Assembly: GCA_964588165.1 (NCBI GenBank)
Contig: CAZPMS010000002.1
Coordinates: forward strand, 15,951-79,950
DNA length: 64,000 nt
Direction of reading: 5' to 3'
Origin: an uncultured Gammaproteobacteria bacterium
GTDB taxonomy: Bacteria > Patescibacteriota > Patescibacteriia > UBA1558 > UBA10009
The first letter of the stretch is position 1. Each line of letters opens with the position of its first letter. A model generated the notes under the pieces. It was given only the letters and a program-made list of their open reading frames with translations, was not told where the DNA came from and did no database searches. Shown here one piece after another: positions 39,798 through 49,432 of this stretch. A program made the translations under genes and the position numbers.

Positions 39798-40820
39798 ATG
39801 CCAGATGAACGACTTATAACGGCTAAAGAAAAGCCGGACGATAAAAATTTAGATTTAACCTTAAGGCCCAGAGAACTGGTGGAGTATTTTGGCCAGCAAA
39901 AAATAAAGGACAATCTGGAAATTTTTATGAAAGCGGCCAAACAAAGAAAAGAGCCAATTGAACACGTTTTATTATATGGCCCGCCAGGTTTAGGAAAAAC
40001 AACCTTAGCCCACATTATTGCCAAAGAAATGAATGGTAATATAAGGGTGACTTCTGGCCCGGCCATAGAGCGGGCCGGAGATTTAGCTGCTATTTTAACC
40101 AATTTAGAAGATGGCGATGTTTTATTTATTGATGAAATCCACCGGTTGAATAAAGTAATAGAGGAGGTTTTATATCCGGCAATGGAAGATTATGCTTTAG
40201 ATATTATTATTGGTAAAGGCCCTTCGGCCAGAACCCTGCGGTTGGATTTGCCAAAGTTTACCATTATTGGAGCCACCACCCGCTATAATCTATTATCTTC
40301 ACCCCTAAGAGATAGGTTCGGCTCAACTTATAGATTGGATTATTATAATCATGATGAAATTGAGCAGATTATTGAGCGCAGTTCAAAAATACTTTCGGTA
40401 GAGGTTATTAATGAAGCTGCCAAACTAATTGCTGAACGTTCCAGGTTAACCCCCAGAATTGCTAATCGCTTGTTAAAAAGAGTTAGAGATTACGTTCAAG
40501 TTAAAGGTGATGGTAAAATTACCCCAGAACTGGCTAAAGAAGCTTTGGAGCTTATGGATGTTGATCATCAGGGCCTTGATGCTTTGGATAGAAGGATATT
40601 AGAAAATATAATTGAAAAATTTAATGGCGGTCCAGTTGGGGTAAGTTCAATAGCTGCCGCGGTTCAGGAAGAAGAGGGCACTATTGAAGAAATTTATGAG
40701 CCTTATTTAATGCAGTTGGGCTTTATAGTCCGTACGCCTCGTGGCCGTGTAGTAACTGAAGCTGGCTATAAACATCTTGGATTAGAAGTACCGAGTGAGT
40801 TGCAGTCGAAATTAATATAA
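39798..40820 (+). CDS. ruvB: Holliday junction branch migration helicase RuvB
   Basis: [29 protein letters not shown]. Confidence 0.98.
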   Translation: MPDERLITAKEKPDDKNLDLTLRPRELVEYFGQQKIKDNLEIFMKAAKQRKEPIEHVLLYGPPGLGKTTLAHIIAKEMNGNIRVTSGPAIERAGDLAAILTNLEDGDVLFIDEIHRLNKVIEEVLYPAMEDYALDIIIGKGPSARTLRLDLPKFTIIGATTRYNLLSSPLRDRFGSTYRLDYYNHDEIEQIIERSSKILSVEVINEAAKLIAERSRLTPRIANRLLKRVRDYVQVKGDGKITPELAKEALELMDVDHQGLDALDRRILENIIEKFNGGPVGVSSIAAAVQEEEGTIEEIYEPYLMQLGFIVRTPRGRVVTEAGYKHLGLEVPSELQSKLI

Positions 40821-40830
40821 TTCTTTTTAT

Positions 40831-40947
40831 GTACTTTTTGGCGGCAAAAAGTACCAAAAACCGCTGGGGACGCCAAATAGCTCTCAGCTCTATTAAACTA
40901 TAACTATTTTGTCTTGGCGCTATGCGTCGCCCCCAGACCCCCAGCCC
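40831..40947. repeat. Composite hairpin element (single copy in window)
   Basis: GTACTTTTTG-GCGG-CAAAAAGTAC perfect stem, then CTGGGGACGC...GCGTCGCCCCCAG. Confidence 0.55.
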
Positions 40948-40974
40948 TCTATTTATTTTTAGATATTTTAAATT

Positions 40975-41508
40975 ATGGGAAAATTATTATTACATGTTTG
41001 CTGCGGACCTTGTGCTATATATGTAGCTAAAAAATTGTCACAAGATTATCGGGTGACCTTGTTTTTTTATAACCCTAATATTCATCCCAAAGAAGAATAT
41101 GATAGACGCTTAGCTACGGTTAAAAAATGGGCAGTCAAAGAAGGTTATAATCTAATTGAGGGCCGGTTTAACAAAGATGATTGGTTTAAAAAAGTTGAAG
41201 GCTTAGAAAATGAACCAGAAGGCGGTGCCAGATGCCCAGTTTGTTTCCAGATGCGTTTAAATGAAGCGGCTAAGCATGCTAAAGAAAAAGATTTTGAAAT
41301 TTTAGCTTCTACCTTAACTATTGGCCGTAATAAAAAAGCGGATATTATTAATCCGATAGGAGCTAATATTGCCAAACAATATGGTTTGGAATTTATAGAA
41401 GAAGACTGGAAAAAGAAAGGCGGCCAACAAGAGGCTTGCCGGCTATCAAATGAGGAAGATTTCTACCGGCAAAATTATTGCGGCTGTAAATTTTCTATTA
41501 GAAAATAA
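40975..41508 (+). CDS. queH: Epoxyqueuosine reductase QueH
   Basis: LLLHVCCGPC, FYNPNIHP..EY, EGGARCPVC, YRQNYCGCKFS. Confidence 0.93.
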   Translation: MGKLLLHVCCGPCAIYVAKKLSQDYRVTLFFYNPNIHPKEEYDRRLATVKKWAVKEGYNLIEGRFNKDDWFKKVEGLENEPEGGARCPVCFQMRLNEAAKHAKEKDFEILASTLTIGRNKKADIINPIGANIAKQYGLEFIEEDWKKKGGQQEACRLSNEEDFYRQNYCGCKFSIRK

Positions 41509-41513
41509 AAGTT

Positions 41514-43490
41514 TTAATTACTAAACCTATTTAGAAATTCTAACATCATGCTACCAAGTGGTTGATAGAAAACATGTTCACCATCTTCCAATTTATAGAA
41601 TTCAGTGGGCACCAAACAACTTTGATGAACCCAATAATCAACACTGGTAACAGGAGAGCTATTAATAAGTGCCTGGACTGATGGAGTGCTAATATCAAGA
41701 TTTTTTTCTACGGACGTGCATTGATGGGCATCGGCGTAATAATTGGAAGCTACTTCTGCTGTAGGCATTTCACCAGGTGCTGGAGATTCTCCTTCGTAAA
41801 GATATATTGAAGTTTGGTCATTAGTGGAATGAAACCGGATAATTGGAATAGCATCTTTTTGGCCGGCAGCTATTGCCGTATCATAAGCCAAGAAATCGCT
41901 ACCTGGTCCGCCACAACCGCCAACGGCCATGGCTATAATATCATTTCTGGTTAAAGCCATATGTTGGGCTTGGGCACAGCCATAAGAAAAGCCGCCAGCA
42001 AAAATTTTATCAATATAAAAGCTGCTTTCTAAATTATTTACTATTATATCTATAAAACTGTCATCATCAGGCATTCTCATTTGGGCATAACAGCCCCTAT
42101 CATCAATCGGTTCTTGCCCTGGGCGGGTATTCCAACAGGTTAAGCCAATTTGAGCATCATTGGTAAAACGATTATCAACCAGTTGGTTATTAGACCGTCC
42201 CATGCCTTGAGGGTAAACAACTATAAAGTTACCTTGCTGGTCAGCAATTTCATCAAATTGATGGCTTAATTGTTGTTGGGCCGTGCCTCCCTTGCCATGA
42301 TACCAGAAAAGAACATCATAATGTAAATTAGGATTAAAGTTTGTTGGTAGGTGAATATAATAAGACCTTTCTACAGTAGTATTGCCTGTAAAATTAGTCA
42401 TTTGGTCGTCAAACTCTATGGTAATAAGGTGGGTACCGGCACTTAAAAGGTTACATTGTCCTTGGTTGCATTCAAAATGTTCTTGGCAGCTTTGAGTTTC
42501 GCCCCATTCCGTACAGCCATCGCCATTATAATCGCCACAGGCTTGATAACCTTCACCAGAGCATTGGGTTTCATTTATACTACATTCATCAAAACATTGT
42601 GGGGGGTCTAAAGTACAGTTGCCATCTTGGCAGCTATATAAACAATTAGATATCTCACCCCATTCCGTACATCCATTACCGTCATAATCGCCACAGGTTT
42701 GATAACCTTCGCCTGAACATTGAGTATCATACAAATTACATTCATTAGTGCAATCAAATCCACCATCTCCCATTGGGTAAGCGATTTCATTTTCTAAAAC
42801 AGTGATAGGCACACCATCAGTATAGATGGAAAGATCAGGAACAACTATAGTGCTACTGAAAAGTCTGTTGGCAATCATGCCAGCATTAGTAACAAGACGT
42901 TTTGTTGAACCTTCAATATAATAGATCTGTGGGCTATGATAACCTTCTTGAACCAGGGTGCCCGTTGGATAGGTAGAAGAACTGGTTAAAGGAGCGCTGG
43001 ATGAATAGTTGGCAGCTAAATAGTTTGGCAATGGAATAATCATGCTTTCCCAGTTGGCACCATATAATAATGCTGCAGTATCTGCTGAATCAATGGCATG
43101 GGTTGCGCCATTGGGGCCGACAGCATAAACTTCCGGAGTGTTAGAAACATTCCAGGTGCCATCGCCTAAAACTTCAACATATTGAATAAGTTTTGTACCT
43201 TGTCTTACAACCACGGTAGAACCCAGGGTATAGCTGACCATTTCATCGGTTGGGACAGTTTTTAAACTATTAAAGTCTGGATACCATGTAACATATTCTC
43301 TCTCATGGTGGAATGGATGTTTAACTAAATTTGAATCCAAATAATAAACTGCCGGAGAGGAATCGGATTTAATTAAATCACCGGCTGTGGCAACATTAGC
43401 TTTAGCTATATTAATGGCAACCATAGTGCCCCAAACAGCAGCAGATGCCACTATTGAGATTAAGAACGATTTTTTTATGAAGTTACTCAT
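41514..43490 (-). CDS. Secreted modular protein: surface domain, Cys-rich repeats and PHB-depolymerase-like alpha/beta hydrolase
   Basis: Signal peptide, two CxxECx5QCSGEGYQxCGDYxGxGCTEWG repeats, YHGKGG, VVYPQG, GFSYG nucleophile elbow, C-terminal GEH. Confidence 0.8.
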   Translation of the reverse strand: MSNFIKKSFLISIVASAAVWGTMVAINIAKANVATAGDLIKSDSSPAVYYLDSNLVKHPFHHEREYVTWYPDFNSLKTVPTDEMVSYTLGSTVVVRQGTKLIQYVEVLGDGTWNVSNTPEVYAVGPNGATHAIDSADTAALLYGANWESMIIPLPNYLAANYSSSAPLTSSSTYPTGTLVQEGYHSPQIYYIEGSTKRLVTNAGMIANRLFSSTIVVPDLSIYTDGVPITVLENEIAYPMGDGGFDCTNECNLYDTQCSGEGYQTCGDYDGNGCTEWGEISNCLYSCQDGNCTLDPPQCFDECSINETQCSGEGYQACGDYNGDGCTEWGETQSCQEHFECNQGQCNLLSAGTHLITIEFDDQMTNFTGNTTVERSYYIHLPTNFNPNLHYDVLFWYHGKGGTAQQQLSHQFDEIADQQGNFIVVYPQGMGRSNNQLVDNRFTNDAQIGLTCWNTRPGQEPIDDRGCYAQMRMPDDDSFIDIIVNNLESSFYIDKIFAGGFSYGCAQAQHMALTRNDIIAMAVGGCGGPGSDFLAYDTAIAAGQKDAIPIIRFHSTNDQTSIYLYEGESPAPGEMPTAEVASNYYADAHQCTSVEKNLDISTPSVQALINSSPVTSVDYWVHQSCLVPTEFYKLEDGEHVFYQPLGSMMLEFLNRFSN

Positions 43491-43673
43491 ATTTTTTTAA
43501 AAAATTGTTTTAATATTTAAAATAGAGAATAAAATAAAAATGGCTCGTCTGGCATCCTCCTAAATAAAGCCATTAGTTATTAAATTATAAAATTATTGGT
43601 CTTTTATGTCAAAGAGTTATTGTATTAAATGAAAGCAAAAATAAAAAAACCTGCATCTTTTTAGAAGCAGGTT

Positions 43674-44462
43674 TTATGGTTGGTACAGTTTGTTAGCTCG
43701 GTGGCAATCTTCTAGGTTACCAAGGTCAAAGCGGTTTTTAATTTCAAAACCCTGGATCGGATGTTTCTGTTCTACCAGCCATTGGATAAAGTGGGCGTAG
43801 CCAGTTTTTGGATTTTCTCGGGTAAACTTTGCAAACAAAGGCAAAGTGGATTTTTTGAGAATAAAGATTGAAGGAAAAGCCTTAAGAGTTTTGGGCTCAA
43901 CGGGTTTTTCTTGAAAATCAATCAAATATCCACCTTCAAAAATCAGATTGCCACGTTTGCGCATCATTTCCAATGAAGATTCCTGATAAAAGGCGACAAT
44001 GTCATGTTCAGTCTGGCTGTTTAGAGCCAAGAGCCCGGAAATATCGCCATTAAACAAAGTGTCGCCGGCAATTACCAAGATATCATCATCAATTTCGGTC
44101 TGGCTAATGGCCAAATTTATAGCTGCGCAGCTTTCCAAGCGGGTTTCGTTGGTTAGTTTTCCATCACAAATCAAATTGCTTAAAGGGAAACCGAATTGTT
44201 TGGCCCATTGCTGGAAGAATTCCAAAAAAGCTTGATTGGTTACTACATAGATGTTGTTTACCTCAACACCAAGTTTGGTAAGTTTGTTGATGGAATGTTC
44301 AAGCGCCGGCGTTCCTTTAATGGGAACCAAGGCTTTGGCCACGCCAATGTTTGGTTTACTTACTTTGATTATTTCTCCAGCAAGTCGATTACTGGAATTG
44401 CTGGAAAAAATATCATCATGTATCCTGGTTCCAAAACCGCCTACTGGGAAGATTATCCTCAT
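43674..44462 (-). CDS. Sugar-phosphate nucleotidyltransferase family protein
   Basis: GGFGTRI, KALVPI, LVIAGD, FQEKP, RFDLG. Confidence 0.85.
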   Translation of the reverse strand: MRIIFPVGGFGTRIHDDIFSSNSSNRLAGEIIKVSKPNIGVAKALVPIKGTPALEHSINKLTKLGVEVNNIYVVTNQAFLEFFQQWAKQFGFPLSNLICDGKLTNETRLESCAAINLAISQTEIDDDILVIAGDTLFNGDISGLLALNSQTEHDIVAFYQESSLEMMRKRGNLIFEGGYLIDFQEKPVEPKTLKAFPSIFILKKSTLPLFAKFTRENPKTGYAHFIQWLVEQKHPIQGFEIKNRFDLGNLEDCHRANKLYQP

Positions 44463-44576
44463 ATCGCACTCCTAGTGTTAATGATCTTTTAGCTAATATT
44501 ACTTATTTTGAAAAATCTGTCAATTGCTAATAAATTTTAAAAAATGCTATAATTGGATTTATATAATAATATAAAT

Positions 44577-44627
44577 TCCTCGGCTCGAAATAATAAAGTA
44601 AACTTATATTATTTCTCGCTCTACGTC
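44577..44627. repeat. Hairpin element family B, copy 2
   Basis: TCCTCGGCTCG-AAATAATAAAGTAAACTTATATTATTT-CTCGCTCTACGTC, ends 4 nt before the queA ATG. Confidence 0.8.
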
Positions 44628-44631
44628 ATTT

Positions 44632-45669
44632 ATGAAGCTTTCAGATTTTGATTACAAATTACCCAAACAGCTTATTGCTCATAAACCGGCCAGCCCGCGT
44701 GATAATTCCAGGCTGATGGTTTTAGATCGCCAATCAAAAAAGATTGAACATAAGCATTTTTTTGATATTGTAGATTATTTAAATAAAGGCGATGTTTTGG
44801 TTTTGAATAATACTAAGGTATTTCCGGCTCGTCTTATCGGCCAGCGTTATAAAACCGGCGGTAAAGTGGAAGTTTTCCTTTTGAAAAAAGTTGGATCGAG
44901 CTCAGCTCGATGGGAAGTGTTAATTGGGAACAGAAGAAAAAAAATTGGTCAAATAATTGAATTTGGCAAAGGTTTGGAATGTGAAATTGTAAAGCAAATT
45001 GATGAATCAGTCTGGCAGGTTAAGTTTAATAAATCGGGCAGTCAACTAGAAAAAGTTATTGATCAAATCGGTGAAGTTCCTACTCCACCTTATATTAAAA
45101 TTAAAGATAAAAAGACTAAAAGATTGAAAGATTTATATCAAACAGTTTATGCAGAGCATCGTGGGTCAGTAGCGGCGCCTACGGCTGGGTTTCATTTTAC
45201 AAAACCTTTAATCAACAAATTAAAAAAGAAGGGCGTTCAATTTGAATATGTTACGCTCCATGTTGGTTTTGGAACTTTTGAAGAAGTTAGAGTGAATAAT
45301 ATTAAAAAGCACAAAATGCATTCAGAATTCGCAAAAATAGACGCAAAGACCACAAAAAATTTAAATAATGCAAAAAAAGAAAGTAGGCGGGTAATATCAG
45401 TCGGCACAACCTCAACCAGAGTTCTTGAAGCTTTTAGTAGTAAAGGAAAAATTAAAGCTCAAAGCAAGTGGGTAGATATTTTTATTTACCCAGGCTATAA
45501 GTTTAAATTTATTGATGGGTTGATAACAAATTTTCATTTGCCCAAATCAAGTTTAATAATGTTAGTAAGTGCTTTAGCTGGTCGTCAACTTATTCTCAAG
45601 GCTTACAAGACTGCTGTCAGTAAAAAGTACCGTTTTTATTCTTTTGGCGACAGTATGTTTATTTTTTAA
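44632..45669 (+). CDS. queA: S-adenosylmethionine:tRNA ribosyltransferase-isomerase
   Basis: FDYKLP, NNTKVFPARL, PPYI, YQTVYA, GSVAAPTAG, VGTTS, TNFHLPKS, YRFYSFGD. Confidence 0.97.
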   Translation: MKLSDFDYKLPKQLIAHKPASPRDNSRLMVLDRQSKKIEHKHFFDIVDYLNKGDVLVLNNTKVFPARLIGQRYKTGGKVEVFLLKKVGSSSARWEVLIGNRRKKIGQIIEFGKGLECEIVKQIDESVWQVKFNKSGSQLEKVIDQIGEVPTPPYIKIKDKKTKRLKDLYQTVYAEHRGSVAAPTAGFHFTKPLINKLKKKGVQFEYVTLHVGFGTFEEVRVNNIKKHKMHSEFAKIDAKTTKNLNNAKKESRRVISVGTTSTRVLEAFSSKGKIKAQSKWVDIFIYPGYKFKFIDGLITNFHLPKSSLIMLVSALAGRQLILKAYKTAVSKKYRFYSFGDSMFIF

Positions 45670-45766
45670 GATAACAAAAACCCCGCAATAATGCGAAGGC
45701 TTTTGTTTTTATTTTTATTTCAATTCCGTTGACGTTTTTTAAATGTACATATTAATCGAAAAGTGG

Positions 45767-45793
45767 ACCCCGCTGCTCGCGAGCGGCAGGGGT
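45767..45793. repeat. Palindrome family C, copy 1
   Basis: ACCCCGCTGCTCGCGAGCGGCAGGGGT. Confidence 0.8.
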
Positions 45794-45872
45794 GGATAGC
45801 CGATTAACAGTCCCTTTTTATTTAGTCAACGATTTTGATTATTAATTTTTTAAAGTGCTGCAAGTTTTCTTT

Positions 45873-46100
45873 CTATTTGGCCGAATAAAAAGGGTTATCT
45901 TTAAGATAACCGTCATTTATGATTTCACTAATTTGATTTTGATTTATGGTATCAGGCAGAACTGGTAAGTTTTCAGCGGCAACTTTGTTATTTTTTTCAA
46001 AGTTATTTTTTAAAATATTCATTCCGTAAGAAGCTCCGCCAACAATCAGCAGGCAGATAACCAGAGCTAAAACAATATTAATTTCTTTTTTCTTTTTCAT
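45873..46100 (-). CDS. Hypothetical small protein with TM anchor
   Basis: MKKKKEINIVLALVICLLIVGG signal/anchor. Confidence 0.6.
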   Translation of the reverse strand: MKKKKEINIVLALVICLLIVGGASYGMNILKNNFEKNNKVAAENLPVLPDTINQNQISEIINDGYLKDNPFYSAK

Positions 46101-46277
46101 TTTTGTTTTGGAAATTAGACATTAAAAAATGCCTTGAACAAAAACCAAGACATCGCACGAATCAATATTAAATTGGTTTTTGTTTTATTTTGGCCCACCT
46201 TTGCTAAAGCTTCGGCGGATAAATAAGCTATTTTGGCTTACATAAGTAATGATAGCATAAATTTTTAAAAAAGTCAA

Positions 46278-46301
46278 CCCAGCTGCTCGCGAGCGGCTGG
46301 G
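46278..46301. repeat. Palindrome family C, copy 2
   Basis: CCCAGCTGCTCGCGAGCGGCTGGG, identical to 47724-47747. Confidence 0.85.
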
Positions 46302-46919
46302 TTGTTATAAGACGGGGCAAGCTTGTACACACCGTCATACCATACAAAGTGTTGGAATTAATCCAAGTGCTTTGCAGGGTGAAGTCGTTTACCATATGTT
46401 CAAGCAGACCGTTAGCTTGTCTGGAGATTTCAAAATCATTAGCCTGTCTTAGAACATTAAAGAAGTGGCAGCTCCTAGATATTATCACCTCCTATCAGCT
46501 AGTTAGCAGGAAGTAATTCACTTCGGGAGCCTCCTTTGTTAAGTGATCGTTTATTGAGTAGATTAATGGGTAGTCGCGAGGCACCTTCCATTGCCCGTTT
46601 AAGAAATCTACGAAAACCAGAAGAACTTCTACGATTGACACAAATTGAACTTCTGCCGATTGCCATCAAACCTCCATTTGTTAAAAAAAAGAGGGATCTA
46701 GCCCCTCCATTTTGTTGTTAAAAGTTCTCTTTATTTAATTATAGAAATTATTCCAATTTTAGGATAGTGGAAAACTAATTAAACAGAAAATAGGCTACAT
46801 CTCCATCTTTTAATTGGTAATTTTTTGTTTTTAATAGATTTTAAACTTTTGTAGTGCTTGACTTTAATCTAATAATAGGTTAATTTAGGTTTATTACGTT
46901 CAATATACAAGGGGGTACC

Positions 46920-47102
46920 ATGATTGGTCCGCATCCTGATGACTATGTCAGATATACGGCGAAAGAGCTTCGAGATGAAGAAAGACTTTGCGAGAGAATA
47001 GTCAGAGGGTATGGCTTTGATGGGCATGGAAGGATTTGGTGGGCATGGAAGGATTTTCAAGCATTTATGTTTAATCTTTTCAGGCTCAAGCGTCTGTTTT
47101 AA
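46920..47102 (+). CDS. Hypothetical small protein
   Basis: AGGGGG SD, 60 aa, upstream TTGACT promoter. Confidence 0.5.
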   Translation: MIGPHPDDYVRYTAKELRDEERLCERIVRGYGFDGHGRIWWAWKDFQAFMFNLFRLKRLF

Positions 47103-47114
47103 GTGGGCGCTTTT

Positions 47115-48209
47115 TTATTTGTTAAATAAAAAGTAAACAGTATCACCGTCTTTTATTGGGTAGTTTTTACCTTCAGTTTTAATTAGGCCCTGTTCTTTAG
47201 CTTGAATTTCTCCGCCAGCTTCAATTAAACTTTGCCAATTTACAATTTCGGCTCTAATAAAGCCCTGTTCAAAATCGGTATGGATAACTCCGGCTGCCTG
47301 CGGTGCCTGCGTGCCACTTTCAACAGTCCAGGCATGGGCTTCTTTTGGGCCGGCAGTGAAGAAGGTTATGAGATTTAAAAGATTGTAAGATTGTAAGATT
47401 AATTTATCTAAACCACTTTGGCTTATGCCGAGTGTTTCTAAATATTGTTTAGCCTCAACGGCTGGCATAGAGGCCAGTTCAGATTCTAACTTGGCAGATA
47501 TGGTTAAGTAAGGTTTTTTATAATGATCCTTGGATTTAGTTAGTTCATTTTCAGAAACATTATAAACATAAAGGATTGGTTTATAAGTTAGAAGATTTAA
47601 TTCTTTAATAAATTTAATATCTTCATCAGCTACTTCTAAATTAATAGCAAATTTTTCTTCTTCCAGAATCTTTTTTAAGTTTTTTAAAATTTCAATGTTT
47701 TTTAAAAGAATTTTGTCTTTTGACCCAGCTGCTCGCGAGCGGCTGGGAGAACCTTTAGCTTGCTTGGTTAGTTTTTCTAAAAGACCATTAACCGTTTCTA
47801 AGTCGGCCAGGATTAATTCTAAATTAATAGTTTTTACATCATCTTCCGGATCAATTTTGCCGTTTACATGAATTATATCGTCATTAGCAAAATCTCTAAC
47901 CACCTCAGCAATCGCATCAACCTCTCTTATATGAGAAAGGAATTTATTGCCTAAGCCTTCACCATCGGCTGCGCCCTTTACTAGGCCTGCAATATCTACA
48001 AATTCAATAGCGGTTGGTACTACTTTGGGAGAATTATAAAGCTGGGCAAGCTTGTCTAACCTATTATCAGGAACGGCCACCACACCTACATTAGGCTCAA
48101 TAGTGCAAAATGGATAATTAGAAGCATCCACCTGATTTTTAGTTAGGGCAGTAAATAAAGTTGATTTGCCTACATTAGGCAAGCCCACAATGCCGATTGA
48201 AAAACTCAT
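47115..48209 (-). CDS. ychF: Redox-regulated ATPase YchF
   Basis: GIVGLPNVGKSTLF, NYPFCTIEPN, DIAGLV, GEGLGNKFL, IHTDFEQGFIRAE. Confidence 0.97.
   Translation of the reverse strand: MSFSIGIVGLPNVGKSTLFTALTKNQVDASNYPFCTIEPNVGVVAVPDNRLDKLAQLYNSPKVVPTAIEFVDIAGLVKGAADGEGLGNKFLSHIREVDAIAEVVRDFANDDIIHVNGKIDPEDDVKTINLELILADLETVNGLLEKLTKQAKGSPSRSRAAGSKDKILLKNIEILKNLKKILEEEKFAINLEVADEDIKFIKELNLLTYKPILYVYNVSENELTKSKDHYKKPYLTISAKLESELASMPAVEAKQYLETLGISQSGLDKLILQSYNLLNLITFFTAGPKEAHAWTVESGTQAPQAAGVIHTDFEQGFIRAEIVNWQSLIEAGGEIQAKEQGLIKTEGKNYPIKDGDTVYFLFNK
47724..47747. repeat. Palindrome family C, copy 3, in frame inside ychF
   Basis: 24 nt encoding PSRSRAAG. Confidence 0.85.
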
Positions 48210-48354
48210 AAACAAAAGTGTAGTTCATTTTTACCTTTTTGGCAACAATTGATTTGTTAGATGATTTTCATATGAATCAGCTTTTAATACTAATTGTTAC
48301 TTTTTTATAAAAATACCGTCTTTATTTTTCAACAAAGACGGTATTATAGCTGAT

Positions 48355-49233
48355 CTAGGAACGACGACGGCAAAAAACAAATTTAGAGTAAGGGAGAAAA
48401 TAACTTTCTTCCTCAGATGATGATTGATAACAATCAAAATAAGCTGAGCCACCGTACTTATTGGAAATACCAAACTGCCAAAAGCGACCTTGGCCATCCT
48501 TAAATAGTTCCATGGCTAGTGTCAAGCTAAGCTCTCCGTCCTCCTTGGGGATTAATGTTCGCAACCTTAGAGCAACTTCCGGTGGACAAGGATCCAAATC
48601 AAACTTTTTTTTGGCTGCTGACAGAATTTTTACCAGGGGAAATGTACTACCATCAGGAAAGCCAAGCTCTTCAAACCTAACAACGTACAAATTCAAGCTT
48701 TCACGTTCATTTTGAATCGGCAGGTTGAGAGCATCAAACTCCATTGGCTTTAGAAGGGTGTTTAGATTATAACCCTTAGCCCTAATGGCTTTAAGCAAGC
48801 CCTTGGTGGTTCTTGGGCCCTGGCCCAACTCTACTGTTTTGTAAACCGGAAAAGGGTTAGGCACATCAAGTCCATGTCTTTGAATAAACTGTCGGAAACG
48901 GTGGGCGGCTTCTTTTGGATGCATATGAAGCCAATGTTGAATCCCAAAATCTTTTTCATCAAGGAAGCTCCAATCTGTGTTTGACATCAATTTCGTCATT
49001 GCCCAGAAAGGAAAGCAATCATGACCCACAGCACTACTCATATTCTGTAAAAATATTGTAAATAAAATTCCAGCAGTTTCAGGGCTACTGATTATATTTG
49101 TTTGTAAGGGTGGGAAATTCACCTTTTTCCAATCAACATTGTTGATTAGGGCAGAAATAATTGCGGCTAGCTGATCAGCTGTGGGGGGCTGCAAAGATTG
49201 GTCGCCATTGGCGATTGGTCTTTGTGCACTCAT
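48355..49233 (-). CDS. Hypothetical protein
   Basis: AGGAG SD. C-terminal FPVYKTVELG...EELGFPDG...PCPPEVALRLR...FVFCRRR. Confidence 0.7.
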   Translation of the reverse strand: MSAQRPIANGDQSLQPPTADQLAAIISALINNVDWKKVNFPPLQTNIISSPETAGILFTIFLQNMSSAVGHDCFPFWAMTKLMSNTDWSFLDEKDFGIQHWLHMHPKEAAHRFRQFIQRHGLDVPNPFPVYKTVELGQGPRTTKGLLKAIRAKGYNLNTLLKPMEFDALNLPIQNERESLNLYVVRFEELGFPDGSTFPLVKILSAAKKKFDLDPCPPEVALRLRTLIPKEDGELSLTLAMELFKDGQGRFWQFGISNKYGGSAYFDCYQSSSEEESYFLPYSKFVFCRRRS

Positions 49234-49432
49234 CTTTTTACTCCTTTGTGAAATGTTCTTTTGCTAGAGGACCACCCTTGGCTTATCCATTTGTGGAGGC
49301 CGTAGTCATAGCCAAAAGACATCAATTTTTTAATAGCTTTTGGCTATAACCATTTTTTGGAGTTTATTATATTTAGCTTTTTTTGTAAAGCATTAGCATA
49401 TATCTTATATATTTTACGTGCTGTGGCGTAGT

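Noticed and set aside
35136-40820. gyrA without gyrB and ruvB without ruvA nearby
   Set aside because: Split operons are common, and the partners may lie outside the window.
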